From: an uncultured virus (IMG/VR IMGVR_UViG_3300021431_000011)
Taxonomy: Duplodnaviria; Heunggongvirae; Uroviricota; Caudoviricetes
Length of the DNA: 64,000 nt
Virus record (IMG/VR): IMGVR_UViG_3300021431_000011
Direction: 5' to 3' (one strand)
Below the pieces are notes generated by a model. It was given only the letters and a program-made list of their open reading frames with translations, ran no database searches and had not been told where the DNA came from. Below are positions 1-8,683 of the stretch, piece by piece. The position numbers and the translations under genes are program-made. Position 1 is the stretch's first letter; each line of letters begins with the position of its first letter.

Positions 1-2
1 AT

Positions 3-188
3 TACGATCTTCTTAAATGGATTGCACTTATTGTTCTTCCCGCTCTCGGTACTTTATATTTTGGACTTGCTAGGATTTGGGGACTCCCGTTCGGTGAGGA
101 AATTGTTGGTACTATTACTGTTATCGATACGTTTCTTGGCGCACTTCTTGGCGTTAGTACTAATAATTATTATAAGCAGAATGAGTAA
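3..188 (+). CDS. Holin, Dp-1 type (3' part; start lies outside the window)
   Basis: Frame 3 reads YDLLKWIALIVLPALGTLYFGLARIWGLPFGEEIVGTITVIDTFLGALLGVS..., the typical Dp-1 holin pattern with two hydrophobic segments; not in the ORF track. Confidence 0.85.
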   Translation, partial: YDLLKWIALIVLPALGTLYFGLARIWGLPFGEEIVGTITVIDTFLGALLGVSTNNYYKQNE

Positions 189-234
189 TTCGTTGAGCAG
201 TTAATGCTCCAAAGAAATAAAGGAGCATAAATGT

Positions 235-1245
235 ATGAATGATATGTTTTTAATGCATCACGGAATTAAAGGCATGAAGTGGGGAGTGCGTAGATTCGAG
301 GATGCGAATGGCCATCTTACGCCTGCCGGTAAGCGTCGATATGGAATACAAGATGCTCGTAAATATTACAAAATTAATAGACTTCAGCGAATGAGTGAGC
401 GAAGCAATAATCCTAAAATAAAGAAATTACTTTCTGGAGAAATTCGTCGAACGCAAACTCGTTCTGACAGAAAACATGCCGATTTAAATAAACAAGACAT
501 TAATGCTGGTAGAGAAATTGTTGCGAAGCACAGACTTAAATGGGCAGGATTTAATACTGCTGCTAAAGCCGCATTAACCGCTGCTGGAGCTGCGTATTTA
601 TATTCTAATCCTAATACTAGAGCACTTGCTCCTGTTGCATTAGCTGGTGGAGCAGCATTAACTTATGGTAGTGCTAAAAAAGTACCATATTACTTTATGG
701 AAAATCGTCGGTATAAACAAGTTAATCCGAAAAATGCTACAACAAAAGGATTAACTAAAAAGCAACAGGCACTTCGTAAAGCTGGAAAAATTGCATTAGG
801 AGTTGGAGCAACAGCAGCCGTAGCCGGAACAAGCGCATATTTGCTTAATAAAGCTGCTAGAAATAATGCTAATAACAATACACATAATGCCAATAAACAG
901 TATACTAGATCTAAAGCACAAGAAGCTGCTAATACGTCAACCAGAAATGCCGTTAGAAATGGTGTATCTCAAGCTGATCGAACTGTTAGAAATGCAGTAG
1001 GAAATGCTGCTCGAGCAGGTGTTCGAACTGCTAGAAATGCCGTGGTTAGTCGAGTTACACGGGATTTTGATCCGGATGATCCTAGTACATATATTACAGC
1101 TATTCGAAATGGCCGAGACATATATAATAATATTAATAATATTCGAACCAATGGTGCTCCGGCAGTGATTAGTATGGCGACACAAGCAACAATTGATGCG
1201 ACTAACGATTTAATTGAGCGTTATAGAAATCGTCGAATGTCTTAG
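235..1245 (+). CDS. HHGIKGMKWG-tag protein, basic, putative internal virion protein
   Basis: N-terminal LMHHGIKGMKWGVRR; AAGGAG RBS; K/R/A-rich body with hydrophobic Ala/Gly stretches. Confidence 0.8.
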   Translation: MNDMFLMHHGIKGMKWGVRRFEDANGHLTPAGKRRYGIQDARKYYKINRLQRMSERSNNPKIKKLLSGEIRRTQTRSDRKHADLNKQDINAGREIVAKHRLKWAGFNTAAKAALTAAGAAYLYSNPNTRALAPVALAGGAALTYGSAKKVPYYFMENRRYKQVNPKNATTKGLTKKQQALRKAGKIALGVGATAAVAGTSAYLLNKAARNNANNNTHNANKQYTRSKAQEAANTSTRNAVRNGVSQADRTVRNAVGNAARAGVRTARNAVVSRVTRDFDPDDPSTYITAIRNGRDIYNNINNIRTNGAPAVISMATQATIDATNDLIERYRNRRMS

Positions 1246-1256
1246 GAGATATTACT

Positions 1257-1550
1257 ATGAGTGATTTATACGGCGAAATGACTGATGAAAAGTTTAATAA
1301 ACTTGCTACTACTACCATCGCTAATTGGTGGAATAATCAGGATGAACTTGTCAGTATATTTGGTTCAATTTCTCCAGATGAAGTGTATACTACATGGAAA
1401 TGTAAAGCTATCGAGAATTTTAAAGGTTTATTCGGTGTTCCCCGCGATGGTGATGGATTATATTTCGAGTTTACATTCCATGGTAAGAAAAACTGCTGTT
1501 ATCTCGACGTTTATAAAAAGCAAACTCAAATAATCGTCGATCTTAATTAA
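1257..1550 (+). CDS. DUF6275-like phage protein
   Basis: VYTTWKCK..NFKGL..DGLYFEFTFHGKK..YLDVYKK pattern; GGAG RBS. Confidence 0.7.
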   Translation: MSDLYGEMTDEKFNKLATTTIANWWNNQDELVSIFGSISPDEVYTTWKCKAIENFKGLFGVPRDGDGLYFEFTFHGKKNCCYLDVYKKQTQIIVDLN

Positions 1551-1565
1551 AAACAGAATACAGTC

Positions 1566-1589
1566 CGCATAAAATACCTTTCCTACATT
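1566..1589 (+). promoter_or_regulatory. First copy of the phage promoter-like motif CG-N8-AC-N6-TWWWWT (other CG positions: 2426, 3263, 5896, 6285, 6626, 6946, 7219, 7527, 7705, 8024, 8423, 8769, 9227, 9780, 10046, 10270, 12597, 16385, 19319, 28856, 30983, 32115, 42320; minus strand 48457)
   Basis: Fixed-spacing motif, nearly always intergenic, often just downstream of a terminator and upstream of an RBS or structured RNA. Confidence 0.8.
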
Positions 1590-1632
1590 GAGAGATACAA
1601 GAGGTGTGTCTCATATTTTGAAAGGAGAAAAG

Positions 1633-2049
1633 GTGTTAATTCCGATTAAGTTTCTAGAGTACATGGGGTTTGTAAATGCGGAGATCAGTGAGGAAGAACC
1701 ATCTTCTAAAGATCTTTTGGAGGAGCATCTTAAAGAGTGCATAACTGAGAATGCGTTGGAGCACGTTGATACTGATAAAGCAACCAAGGGAGCACAGAAC
1801 ATCGAATTACTCACAAAGTCGATGGAGCATCTTGAAAAAGCAGAAGCAGAGCGACTTAAAGTCGAACTTCAGCTAGCAGAGGCTCGGAGACGACAATGGG
1901 TCAATTGGGATATTGTGCTGCCTAAAATGGTAGCAATAGGTGTCACAGGTGCCGTGACGGTGTTTTGGTTATGCCTCGAACAAGGTACTCCGATACCAAT
2001 GCGGTTAGTGAAGATGGCATCGGACTTGACTGTCCCACGCGGACTGTAA
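1633..2049 (+). CDS. Coiled-coil membrane protein
   Basis: GAAAGGAG RBS before GTG 1633; helical charged body, C-terminal hydrophobic segment. Confidence 0.65.
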   Translation: MLIPIKFLEYMGFVNAEISEEEPSSKDLLEEHLKECITENALEHVDTDKATKGAQNIELLTKSMEHLEKAEAERLKVELQLAEARRRQWVNWDIVLPKMVAIGVTGAVTVFWLCLEQGTPIPMRLVKMASDLTVPRGL

Positions 2050-2058
2050 AAACTCTAG

Positions 2059-2098
2059 AGGTGGTTAGTCAAAAGATTAACCACCTTTTCTTTTTTTT
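2059..2098 (+). terminator. Intrinsic terminator
   Basis: AGGTGGTTAGTC-AAAA-GATTAACCACCT followed by a T-run. Confidence 0.8.
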
Positions 2099-2112
2099 AA
2101 GGATTTTTCAAA

Positions 2113-2400
2113 ATGGAAGAAACGTTGTATATACTTATTAGAGAAAACATAAACCATGGAATTCGATCTTATCAAATTATTGATTACAATACCGACTATG
2201 ATGTTTTAAATAATCAACGCGAGTATTTAATTAACCGCATTTTTGAGCGTGGCGATGGTTGGCTCTCTGAATTTGCATATGATTCATTTGGAAAATCATC
2301 GATTGTTAGATACGCCATGCTTCGGGATACTATTAGAATTTGCTTTTCTGAAGAGAAAAGTGTAGGTATACAATTTAAAATAATAAACCTGACTCATTAG
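2113..2400 (+). CDS. Hypothetical protein
   Basis: ORF with AAGGA RBS. Confidence 0.6.
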   Translation: MEETLYILIRENINHGIRSYQIIDYNTDYDVLNNQREYLINRIFERGDGWLSEFAYDSFGKSSIVRYAMLRDTIRICFSEEKSVGIQFKIINLTH

Positions 2401-2449
2401 TTAACATTTTAGATCTAAATGAGTTCGCCAATTTTACCGCCTCTTATAT

Positions 2450-2541
2450 GAGAAGAATAGTAAAATAGTAGGTTAAAAGGGAAACCGCTATCACCGGACA
2501 GAATTACGGGTTCGAGCCCCGTCTATTTTACTATTCTTTTT
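2450..2541 (+). ncRNA. tRNA-like RNA without an anticodon loop
   Basis: 16-bp closing helix 2453-2468/2523-2538, D-arm GGTT/AACC, T-arm ACGGG-TTCGAGC-CCCGT, own promoter motif at 2426. Confidence 0.65.
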
Positions 2542-2575
2542 ATTTTTTAACTTCTATAAGAATAGGAGAGTAGAA

Positions 2576-3235
2576 GTGGAATACCTACCATCATTTATAG
2601 ATGATCTTCATATTGATATTAAGCCATCATTTATTGCCCATTCATTTAGAGATGAACATGATGCTAAAATGATGTACGGATTGCCTAAGGTAAAGAAATT
2701 TCCTATGCCTGATGCAAAACATGTACGATCTGCTATTAGGTTTTTTAACTATGCTAAACCATCTCAAGAACAAGAGTTAGCCAATGCTATTCTAGCTCGA
2801 ATGGATGACTATGGTATCGACCCTGATGATATTAATGTCGGTGATGATAATCGTTTTAAGAAATATTTACAGCATTCATATTTAGCACATCATGGCATTA
2901 AAGGAATGCATTGGGGTGTGAGACGCTATCAGAATTCTGATGGCAGTTTGACAAATGCTGGAAAACAACACTATAATACGAGATTGGCAAACAAAGGTGA
3001 CAAACTTCGATCAGAAGGTTACGATCTATCATCCAATAAATTAGCTTTAACTAAAAAAGAAAGAATAGCAAATTCTATAGCAGTAGGTGCAGGAATGGTT
3101 GCTAGTATAATCACTGAAAATCCTATACCACTTATGAGCACACAAGTAGCTATATTAGCGCAACATAAACGCAATCGCAAAGCAGTTTTAGAATCTATAA
3201 AACGTGAACGTAATACCAAAATTAAAGGTTCATAA
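2576..3235 (+). CDS. HHGIKG-tag protein with an extra N-terminal domain
   Basis: MEYLPSFID leader; YGLP..KKFPMPDAKHVRSAIRFFN domain; internal LAHHGIKGMHWGVRR. Confidence 0.8.
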   Translation: MEYLPSFIDDLHIDIKPSFIAHSFRDEHDAKMMYGLPKVKKFPMPDAKHVRSAIRFFNYAKPSQEQELANAILARMDDYGIDPDDINVGDDNRFKKYLQHSYLAHHGIKGMHWGVRRYQNSDGSLTNAGKQHYNTRLANKGDKLRSEGYDLSSNKLALTKKERIANSIAVGAGMVASIITENPIPLMSTQVAILAQHKRNRKAVLESIKRERNTKIKGS

Positions 3236-3329
3236 AAATTTGAAAACTTTTAGATTCATTTTCGCAGAAAAAACTCCTGCTCTTATAGCAAGAGTCCAAA
3301 AGGGACTTAACTATTGAGAGGAGTTGTAT

Positions 3330-3644
3330 ATGAGCGGGACGGCTATTCCAGCATATAACCATGACGATCGAAATCATCAGTTTATCTGGCATGTGTTGGC
3401 TCATAAGCTGACGAAGGAAGACTTCGAGGCAATTCAGTTGGCCCTCATCGAGCGCGAGGACGATCACAAAGCGATTGACAATACGCAGGTGGCGTTCTAT
3501 GAATTCGATAATGGATCTATGATGCAGCCTCGTCCTGTTCCTGAATCTTATAAGGAGAAGGCACATCGCTATGCAGACTGGTCATGCGCAATGGATATAT
3601 GCATGATCATCAGCAAGTATGCGGATTTTTTCTATAGTAAGTAA
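3330..3644 (+). CDS. Hypothetical early protein
   Basis: Promoter motif 3263, GAGGAG RBS, terminator at 3661. Confidence 0.7.
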   Translation: MSGTAIPAYNHDDRNHQFIWHVLAHKLTKEDFEAIQLALIEREDDHKAIDNTQVAFYEFDNGSMMQPRPVPESYKEKAHRYADWSCAMDICMIISKYADFFYSK

Positions 3645-3660
3645 TAAATGGCTTTTGAAA

Positions 3661-3698
3661 AAGGATTGTGAGGTCGAAAGACTTTACAATCCTTTTTT
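3661..3698 (+). terminator. Intrinsic terminator
   Basis: AAGGATTGTGAGGTC-GAAA-GACTTTACAATCCTT plus T-run. Confidence 0.85.
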
Positions 3699-3731
3699 CT
3701 TTTTACCATACTTTATTTTTTAGGAGGAATT

Positions 3732-4472
3732 GTGGAGTATCTTCCCACTTTTAGTGATCAATTAGATGTGGATTATATTTCACATCATGGTATTAAAGGA
3801 ATGCATTGGGGTATTAGAAGATACCAGAATCCTGATGGAACATTAACGGATGCTGGAAGAAAACACTATGCTGTTCGAGAATCTAAAGGTAGTTTTTTAG
3901 ATCTCAATCGAACTTTTATGGATGCCGATTTAAAGAAAGCAAATGAAAAAGGCGGACATGCTAATAGAGATGTCGTTTACAATCAGGCAATTAAAGCCCT
4001 TAAAAACGATCCAAAAATAAAAGCTGCAGAAGATGATTGTAAGAAGTCTGCAAGAGAAGCCTATGCTGCATATGCAGATTTATATAACAAAAAAGCTGCC
4101 GAACAAGGGGTCGATCATCGTCTTGATCCGAAAACTTTTAACTGGTATAAACAAATAAATGAATTAGATTATGATGTAGACATGGCAGTATGGGACGCAC
4201 GTGGAAAAGAAGCTGAAAAATGGTATAATGCACAAGATCGTCATGAGAATAATGTTGATAAATTAATGAATGCTTATGAGCAGGCTGAAAGTCGTTTTAT
4301 TAAGCAATATCATAATGCGGTTTTGACTGATATTCCAAATGACGGATCAAAGCAAGCTGTTAAAAGAATATTGGACCGTTATGGCGAGTTAAACACATTC
4401 GATTTTACTGAATCGCTTGACACAGATGGTCCGGACTATGGTTGGTCTACATATAATTTATTCGATGTTTAA
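3732..4472 (+). CDS. HHGIKG-tag protein, variable C-terminus
   Basis: MEYLPTFSDQLDVDYISHHGIKGMHWGIRRYQN; AGGAGG RBS. Confidence 0.8.
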   Translation: MEYLPTFSDQLDVDYISHHGIKGMHWGIRRYQNPDGTLTDAGRKHYAVRESKGSFLDLNRTFMDADLKKANEKGGHANRDVVYNQAIKALKNDPKIKAAEDDCKKSAREAYAAYADLYNKKAAEQGVDHRLDPKTFNWYKQINELDYDVDMAVWDARGKEAEKWYNAQDRHENNVDKLMNAYEQAESRFIKQYHNAVLTDIPNDGSKQAVKRILDRYGELNTFDFTESLDTDGPDYGWSTYNLFDV

Positions 4473-4601
4473 TAAAAAGAGCACTTATTGTTAACTAAAA
4501 CACTCTTACAAAACCCCAGGTAAACGGCTTGTTAAAAAGCGTTTTTAGAGCTTAAAAATTGACAAACGACTAATTACCCATGAAGTTTGGTGATTTTGAT
4601 T

Positions 4602-4973
4602 ATGTCATATGATAGAGATGGCGATATTTTTAAGCTTCATAATGCAGGAGTCTCGGATATGAAACTTTCAGAGTTTTATAAATTGTCTAAACAACGAATT
4701 TGCCAAATTATTTTTGAGCAACGTCGTAGACATAGAAAAGGTAACCCCGATATTCCACAAATTGATACCATGTGCAGAATTCTTGGTTGGAGAGAAAGCG
4801 ATAGAGGAAAACTCCAATCAATTTTACACAAGAACGGATACACTTCGTATGATGATAAATGGCGAGATTTATCCTCGGATGATATTTTAGCCATACCTTT
4901 GTTGGGGCATTCTGCTATGAGTGTCATATGGCTTGCTCAAAACATGGATGACGAAACGGATTCGACTAAATAG
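4602..4973 (+). CDS. HTH plus RNA polymerase alpha-CTD-like protein
   Basis: N-terminal HTH (LSEFYKLSKQRICQII); C-terminal L.KNGY...DLSSDDILAIPLLG resembles alpha-CTD/HhH. Confidence 0.55.
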   Translation: MSYDRDGDIFKLHNAGVSDMKLSEFYKLSKQRICQIIFEQRRRHRKGNPDIPQIDTMCRILGWRESDRGKLQSILHKNGYTSYDDKWRDLSSDDILAIPLLGHSAMSVIWLAQNMDDETDSTK

Positions 4974-4987
4974 GATTTGGATATTCA

Positions 4988-5173
4988 ATGGTACTTTTAG
5001 TTATTAGCATCTTAATGTCTATCTTTATAGACGCTTCGCTTAAGGTAATTAGTTTTATGAGTGCGTATTCGAGATATACGAGTTCTGCATATTTGAAATT
5101 TATTGGAGCGCAAATTGTTATTAGCATAGTCGAGCTATTTAGTATTGCATTGTTGATAGTTAAGTTAGGATAG
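4988..5173 (+). CDS. Small membrane protein
   Basis: Two hydrophobic segments. Confidence 0.5.
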   Translation: MVLLVISILMSIFIDASLKVISFMSAYSRYTSSAYLKFIGAQIVISIVELFSIALLIVKLG

Positions 5174-5195
5174 TAAAGAGAGGGAGATAAAGATT

Positions 5196-5858
5196 ATGGA
5201 GTATCTTCCGACTTTTATCGATCAATTAGATGTAGATTATATTTCACATCATGGAATTAAAGGAATGCATTGGGGTATAAGAAGGTATCAGAATACTGAT
5301 GGATCGTATACTTCTGCTGGTAAAGCCCGATATAATGCTAATCAATCGAATGGTAAGCGATCTTTTTCGAAATCTAAAGCTGCGAAAATTGCTGCTGGAG
5401 CGGCAATAACAGCGGCAGGTGTTGCTGCCTTAGCATATATGAATAATTCTGATTTGCCAACTATATCTGATAAAATGGCTGAAAAAGCAGTTAGCAATTA
5501 TTGCAAGAGGACTAGAAAAGCTGCTGGAGATTTGTATGACGAAACGGTAGATACTTACAATGCTTGTATAAAGGCTTTTGACGGTGATTGGCCTAGTATA
5601 GATGCGAAAACGTGTAGAGCAAATGCTCGACAAGTTCGAAAAGATGCAAATGATATGTTTCAGGCTCATTCTAAAAGTCGTATACCATTTGTCGATAAAG
5701 CTTGGCGTAATAGTGCAGGAACTTCTCGACGAAGTAAAGCTCGTAATGATATGATTAGAACCGACGAAGCGATTAGCAATTATCGTGATTCTATGCTAGA
5801 CTATGCTGATATTTACGATAGTATGGCTAAAGAATTAGATCGTCGACGTGGAAATTAA
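5196..5858 (+). CDS. HHGIKG-tag protein, variable C-terminus
   Basis: First ~36 codons nearly identical to 3732..4472, then unrelated. Confidence 0.8.
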   Translation: MEYLPTFIDQLDVDYISHHGIKGMHWGIRRYQNTDGSYTSAGKARYNANQSNGKRSFSKSKAAKIAAGAAITAAGVAALAYMNNSDLPTISDKMAEKAVSNYCKRTRKAAGDLYDETVDTYNACIKAFDGDWPSIDAKTCRANARQVRKDANDMFQAHSKSRIPFVDKAWRNSAGTSRRSKARNDMIRTDEAISNYRDSMLDYADIYDSMAKELDRRRGN

Positions 5859-5959
5859 TTTATGATAAATGAATGGGAAAGGTCATGGAGTAATTCGCAT
5901 ATTTTACTTCTTTCTATATAGGATTGACATTATTGTCAAAGACATGAAAGGAGTAGAGT

Positions 5960-6229
5960 ATGGACGACAAGGAGAACTCTGTGGAGAGGGCTTATCGCCT
6001 TATGGAGGAGTGCGACGACACTGTCGAGTTTCTTCGCGGTTGCGAGTTGGATATTCAGGAGCAGATCTCGAAGGCTGAGGAAGAGCTGAAGAAGATCGAT
6101 TCCCATATCCAGAAGCTTCACGAGGAGCTTGAGGAAGTGCGCTCAAGCAAGATGGATGAGCTGTACACCAAGATGGCTCTCCAGATGTTCGTCAGGTCCG
6201 GAGGTGGACTTGACATGATGATCAATTAG
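5960..6229 (+). CDS. Acidic coiled-coil early protein
   Basis: Promoter 5896, GAAAGGAG RBS, G/C-ending codons, terminator at 6237. Confidence 0.75.
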   Translation: MDDKENSVERAYRLMEECDDTVEFLRGCELDIQEQISKAEEELKKIDSHIQKLHEELEEVRSSKMDELYTKMALQMFVRSGGGLDMMIN

Positions 6230-6341
6230 TATATTTGGGGCTGGAGGTCGTAAGATTTCCAGCTCCTTATATTTTTGCCCATCTCGCTAAAATTACCTTT
6301 CTTATTATAGGAAAGGTTGGAAACAAGAGAAAGGCATTATC

Positions 6342-6521
6342 ATGGCTAAGATGAACAAGGTTCAGAAGGTTAGGCTCGTTGCAGAGATCAACCTTCTCAG
6401 AGGAGTTTGTCGCCTTGCTGCAAGGCATTACAAGGCGGAGGGGAATCTGACAAAGGTTAGGCACTGGAACGACCTTGCGTATAAGGGAGATGTTCTTTAC
6501 GGAATAGCCACAATGGCATAA
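6342..6521 (+). CDS. 59-aa early protein (MAKMNKVQKVRLVAEINLL...)
   Basis: Promoter 6285, GAAAGG RBS; below the ORF-track cutoff. Confidence 0.7.
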   Translation: MAKMNKVQKVRLVAEINLLRGVCRLAARHYKAEGNLTKVRHWNDLAYKGDVLYGIATMA

Positions 6522-6676
6522 GGCATAATTGGACAACCGTCCAAAAGAGAAGTTTATGTATAGAAAGTTTATACATGGACTTTCTCTTTTTCGTTATATT
6601 TATCTTCTATAAAAATTTTTGTCTTCGCATATTTTACTGCACATAATATGAGAAAGGAGCAAGAATAGAGGAGATT

Positions 6677-6886
6677 ATGAACAATCTTGGATTATTTGGA
6701 ATAATTGTTGTAGGAACAATGGTCGGGAATCGCATGTGCGATATAGCAGATTATATTTGTAAAAAGCGTAGAAGGGCTAAGGCAGTAGCCGAAGCAAACA
6801 AACGCGGAGGTCAACAATCTGCTCGTATAGAAAGTGATATGTATACTATTGAAGAATTAATTAAAAAGTATGGAGATTTGTTGTAA
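6677..6886 (+). CDS. Small protein with N-terminal hydrophobic segment
   Basis: Promoter 6626, GAGGAG RBS. Confidence 0.7.
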   Translation: MNNLGLFGIIVVGTMVGNRMCDIADYICKKRRRAKAVAEANKRGGQQSARIESDMYTIEELIKKYGDLL

Positions 6887-6997
6887 AAATCTAAATTTGC
6901 TCCTTTCTTTTTTGTCATATTTACCTTTTGTAAAAATTTTTGCCTCGTTAAATTTACCTTTTGTATTATAAGAAGGGCGCTAGAAGGAGCGATAAAA

Positions 6998-7162
6998 ATG
7001 AAAAAGAACAAATGTGAAATTTGTGGTAAGTATAATGGCAAGGTTTTTAAGAGCGACATATTTGGTAAGGTGCATTTGTGTGATAAATGCATTAGAGAAT
7101 ATGGAGGTGTTAAACGAACCATTGAAAGTTACGAGTTGGGCGATGTTATTTTGGTTAAGTAG
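6998..7162 (+). CDS. 54-aa zinc-finger protein
   Basis: MKKNKCEICG...HLCDKC (CxxC...CxxC); AAGGAG RBS; promoter 6946. Confidence 0.7.
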   Translation: MKKNKCEICGKYNGKVFKSDIFGKVHLCDKCIREYGGVKRTIESYELGDVILVK

Positions 7163-7265
7163 CGTAATAAAAGCGCCCTTCTTTTTTACCATTGATTATT
7201 TTTTTTTTACAATTTTTTCGCAGTTTTAACTATTCATATAATGAGGTCAAGAAAAGGAGACTTAA

Positions 7266-7466
7266 ATGAGTAACAAAGGTTGGATCATTATTGGAACAGT
7301 GATTAGTTACATGATTGTTAAGGCGATGACTGATGAGTTGAAACATGAGCGAGAAAAACAAGAAACAATGCTTATTGAAACGACTACGAGATCGTTGACA
7401 AATGCATTCATAAAAGACTTGGAAGATAAAAATAATGTTAGGCCAGAATTGAGACTTGTTAAGTAA
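7266..7466 (+). CDS. Small membrane-anchored protein
   Basis: Promoter 7219, AAGGAG RBS, N-terminal TM. Confidence 0.7.
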   Translation: MSNKGWIIIGTVISYMIVKAMTDELKHEREKQETMLIETTTRSLTNAFIKDLEDKNNVRPELRLVK

Positions 7467-7550
7467 ATTAATGTTCTTAGACCTCAAGTATAGACGCTGC
7501 TTTTACAGGGCGTTTATATTTTTCTTCGCCATAATAACCATTCATATAAT

Positions 7551-7691
7551 GAGGAAGAGGAGTATAAACCCCGGCAGGCTTAGGTGTCTTACCACTGCGC
7601 GGAGCCCTAAGTTAGGTCGGACAAATAGTTCAATGGTAGAACGCCGATCGATAATGACGGAGACTCAGGTTCGAAGCCTGAAACTTCCTTT
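7551..7691 (+). ncRNA. tRNA-like RNA with degenerate anticodon and acceptor arms
   Basis: TA-GTTC-AATGGTA-GAAC D-arm, TCAGG-TTCGAAG-CCTGA T-arm, closing AGGAAG/CTTCCT, promoter 7527. Confidence 0.6.
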
Positions 7692-7761
7692 ATATTTTTG
7701 CCTTCGCTAAAAATACCTTCTTTAATATAAGAAAGGTTGGACCTAGTAGAAAGGTACAAAA

Positions 7762-7938
7762 ATGATGTCAGAGAAGTTTATGAAAGTAACAACGGGTCTG
7801 CTAGTTACGACTATCATCAGCGGATTCGTGGTGAGCAAGTTTGCGCCACGAATTGGCGGTACGATAGCCTTGACGAGCTACATGTTGGCTGGAGCAACGT
7901 CTTTGGCCGGCGCAGTTTGCGCTTTCAAGGAGATCTAG
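7762..7938 (+). CDS. 58-aa two-TM membrane protein
   Basis: MMSEKFMKVTTGLLVTTIISGFVVSKF...; GAAAGG RBS; promoter 7705. Confidence 0.7.
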   Translation: MMSEKFMKVTTGLLVTTIISGFVVSKFAPRIGGTIALTSYMLAGATSLAGAVCAFKEI

Positions 7939-8075
7939 CCAAAAGGAGAAGTCTATGTATAGAAAGTTTATACATGGGCTTTCTCTTTTTCGTTATATTT
8001 ACTTTTTGTAAAAATTTTTGCCTCGTTGAAATTACCTTTCCTTATATAAGAAAGTCACAAACAAAGGAGATCATA

Positions 8076-8336
8076 ATGGCTACAAACTGTATTGTGAATT
8101 GCACGATATTTCGTGGAGCTGAAAAAGAGGTTAGTGAGAATATTGCAGAAAAGATTTTTGACAATTTTATAGACGCTTTCGCTTGGCTAGAGAACTTTTT
8201 AGACGAGCGATACAACGACTTTGAAGTGTCAGAAATCCGTAGAGCAGGTTTTCTTGACGAAACTATAGAACTTTCGAGATGGGATGAAGATCACAATTAT
8301 TGGTATACTGAGCTGTATGAAGTTGAACTTGTATAA
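8076..8336 (+). CDS. Acidic small early protein
   Basis: AAAGGAG RBS before ATG 8076; promoter 8024. Confidence 0.7.
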   Translation: MATNCIVNCTIFRGAEKEVSENIAEKIFDNFIDAFAWLENFLDERYNDFEVSEIRRAGFLDETIELSRWDEDHNYWYTELYEVELV

Positions 8337-8476
8337 GTAATTGAGAGAAGTCGATGTATAGAAAGTTTATACATGGGCTTTCTCTTTTTCGTTATATTTA
8401 CTTTTTGTAAAAATTTTTGCCTCGTTGAAATTACCATTCCTTATATAGGAAAGTAAAACTATTCAGGAGGTACAAA

Positions 8477-8683
8477 ATGAGTTTTTATAGTGTTTATGGC
8501 TATGCAGACAATGACTGTGGATGGACTGAAGATTTCAGCAATCTCGAAGATGCTAAGAATCGTCTTTCGGAGATTATGGCAGAAGACGAGATTACTGATA
8601 TTACAGAGACAGAAGGCGGCGAGAATAGCATAGTGCATTACAAGACAGAAGACGGATACAACTACGGAATTAGTTTGTTCTAA
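8477..8683 (+). CDS. Acidic small early protein
   Basis: AGGAGG RBS; promoter 8423. Confidence 0.7.
   Translation: MSFYSVYGYADNDCGWTEDFSNLEDAKNRLSEIMAEDEITDITETEGGENSIVHYKTEDGYNYGISLF

Noticed and set aside
22..204. 60-aa ORF in the track
   Set aside because: Off-frame shadow of the holin encoded at 3..188
4559..4590. TTGACA as a sigma70 -35 element
   Set aside because: No convincing -10 hexamer at 16-18 bp spacing
7619..7690. Functional tRNA-Ile gene
   Set aside because: Acceptor and anticodon stems are mismatched and there is no CCA; kept only as a tRNA-like RNA
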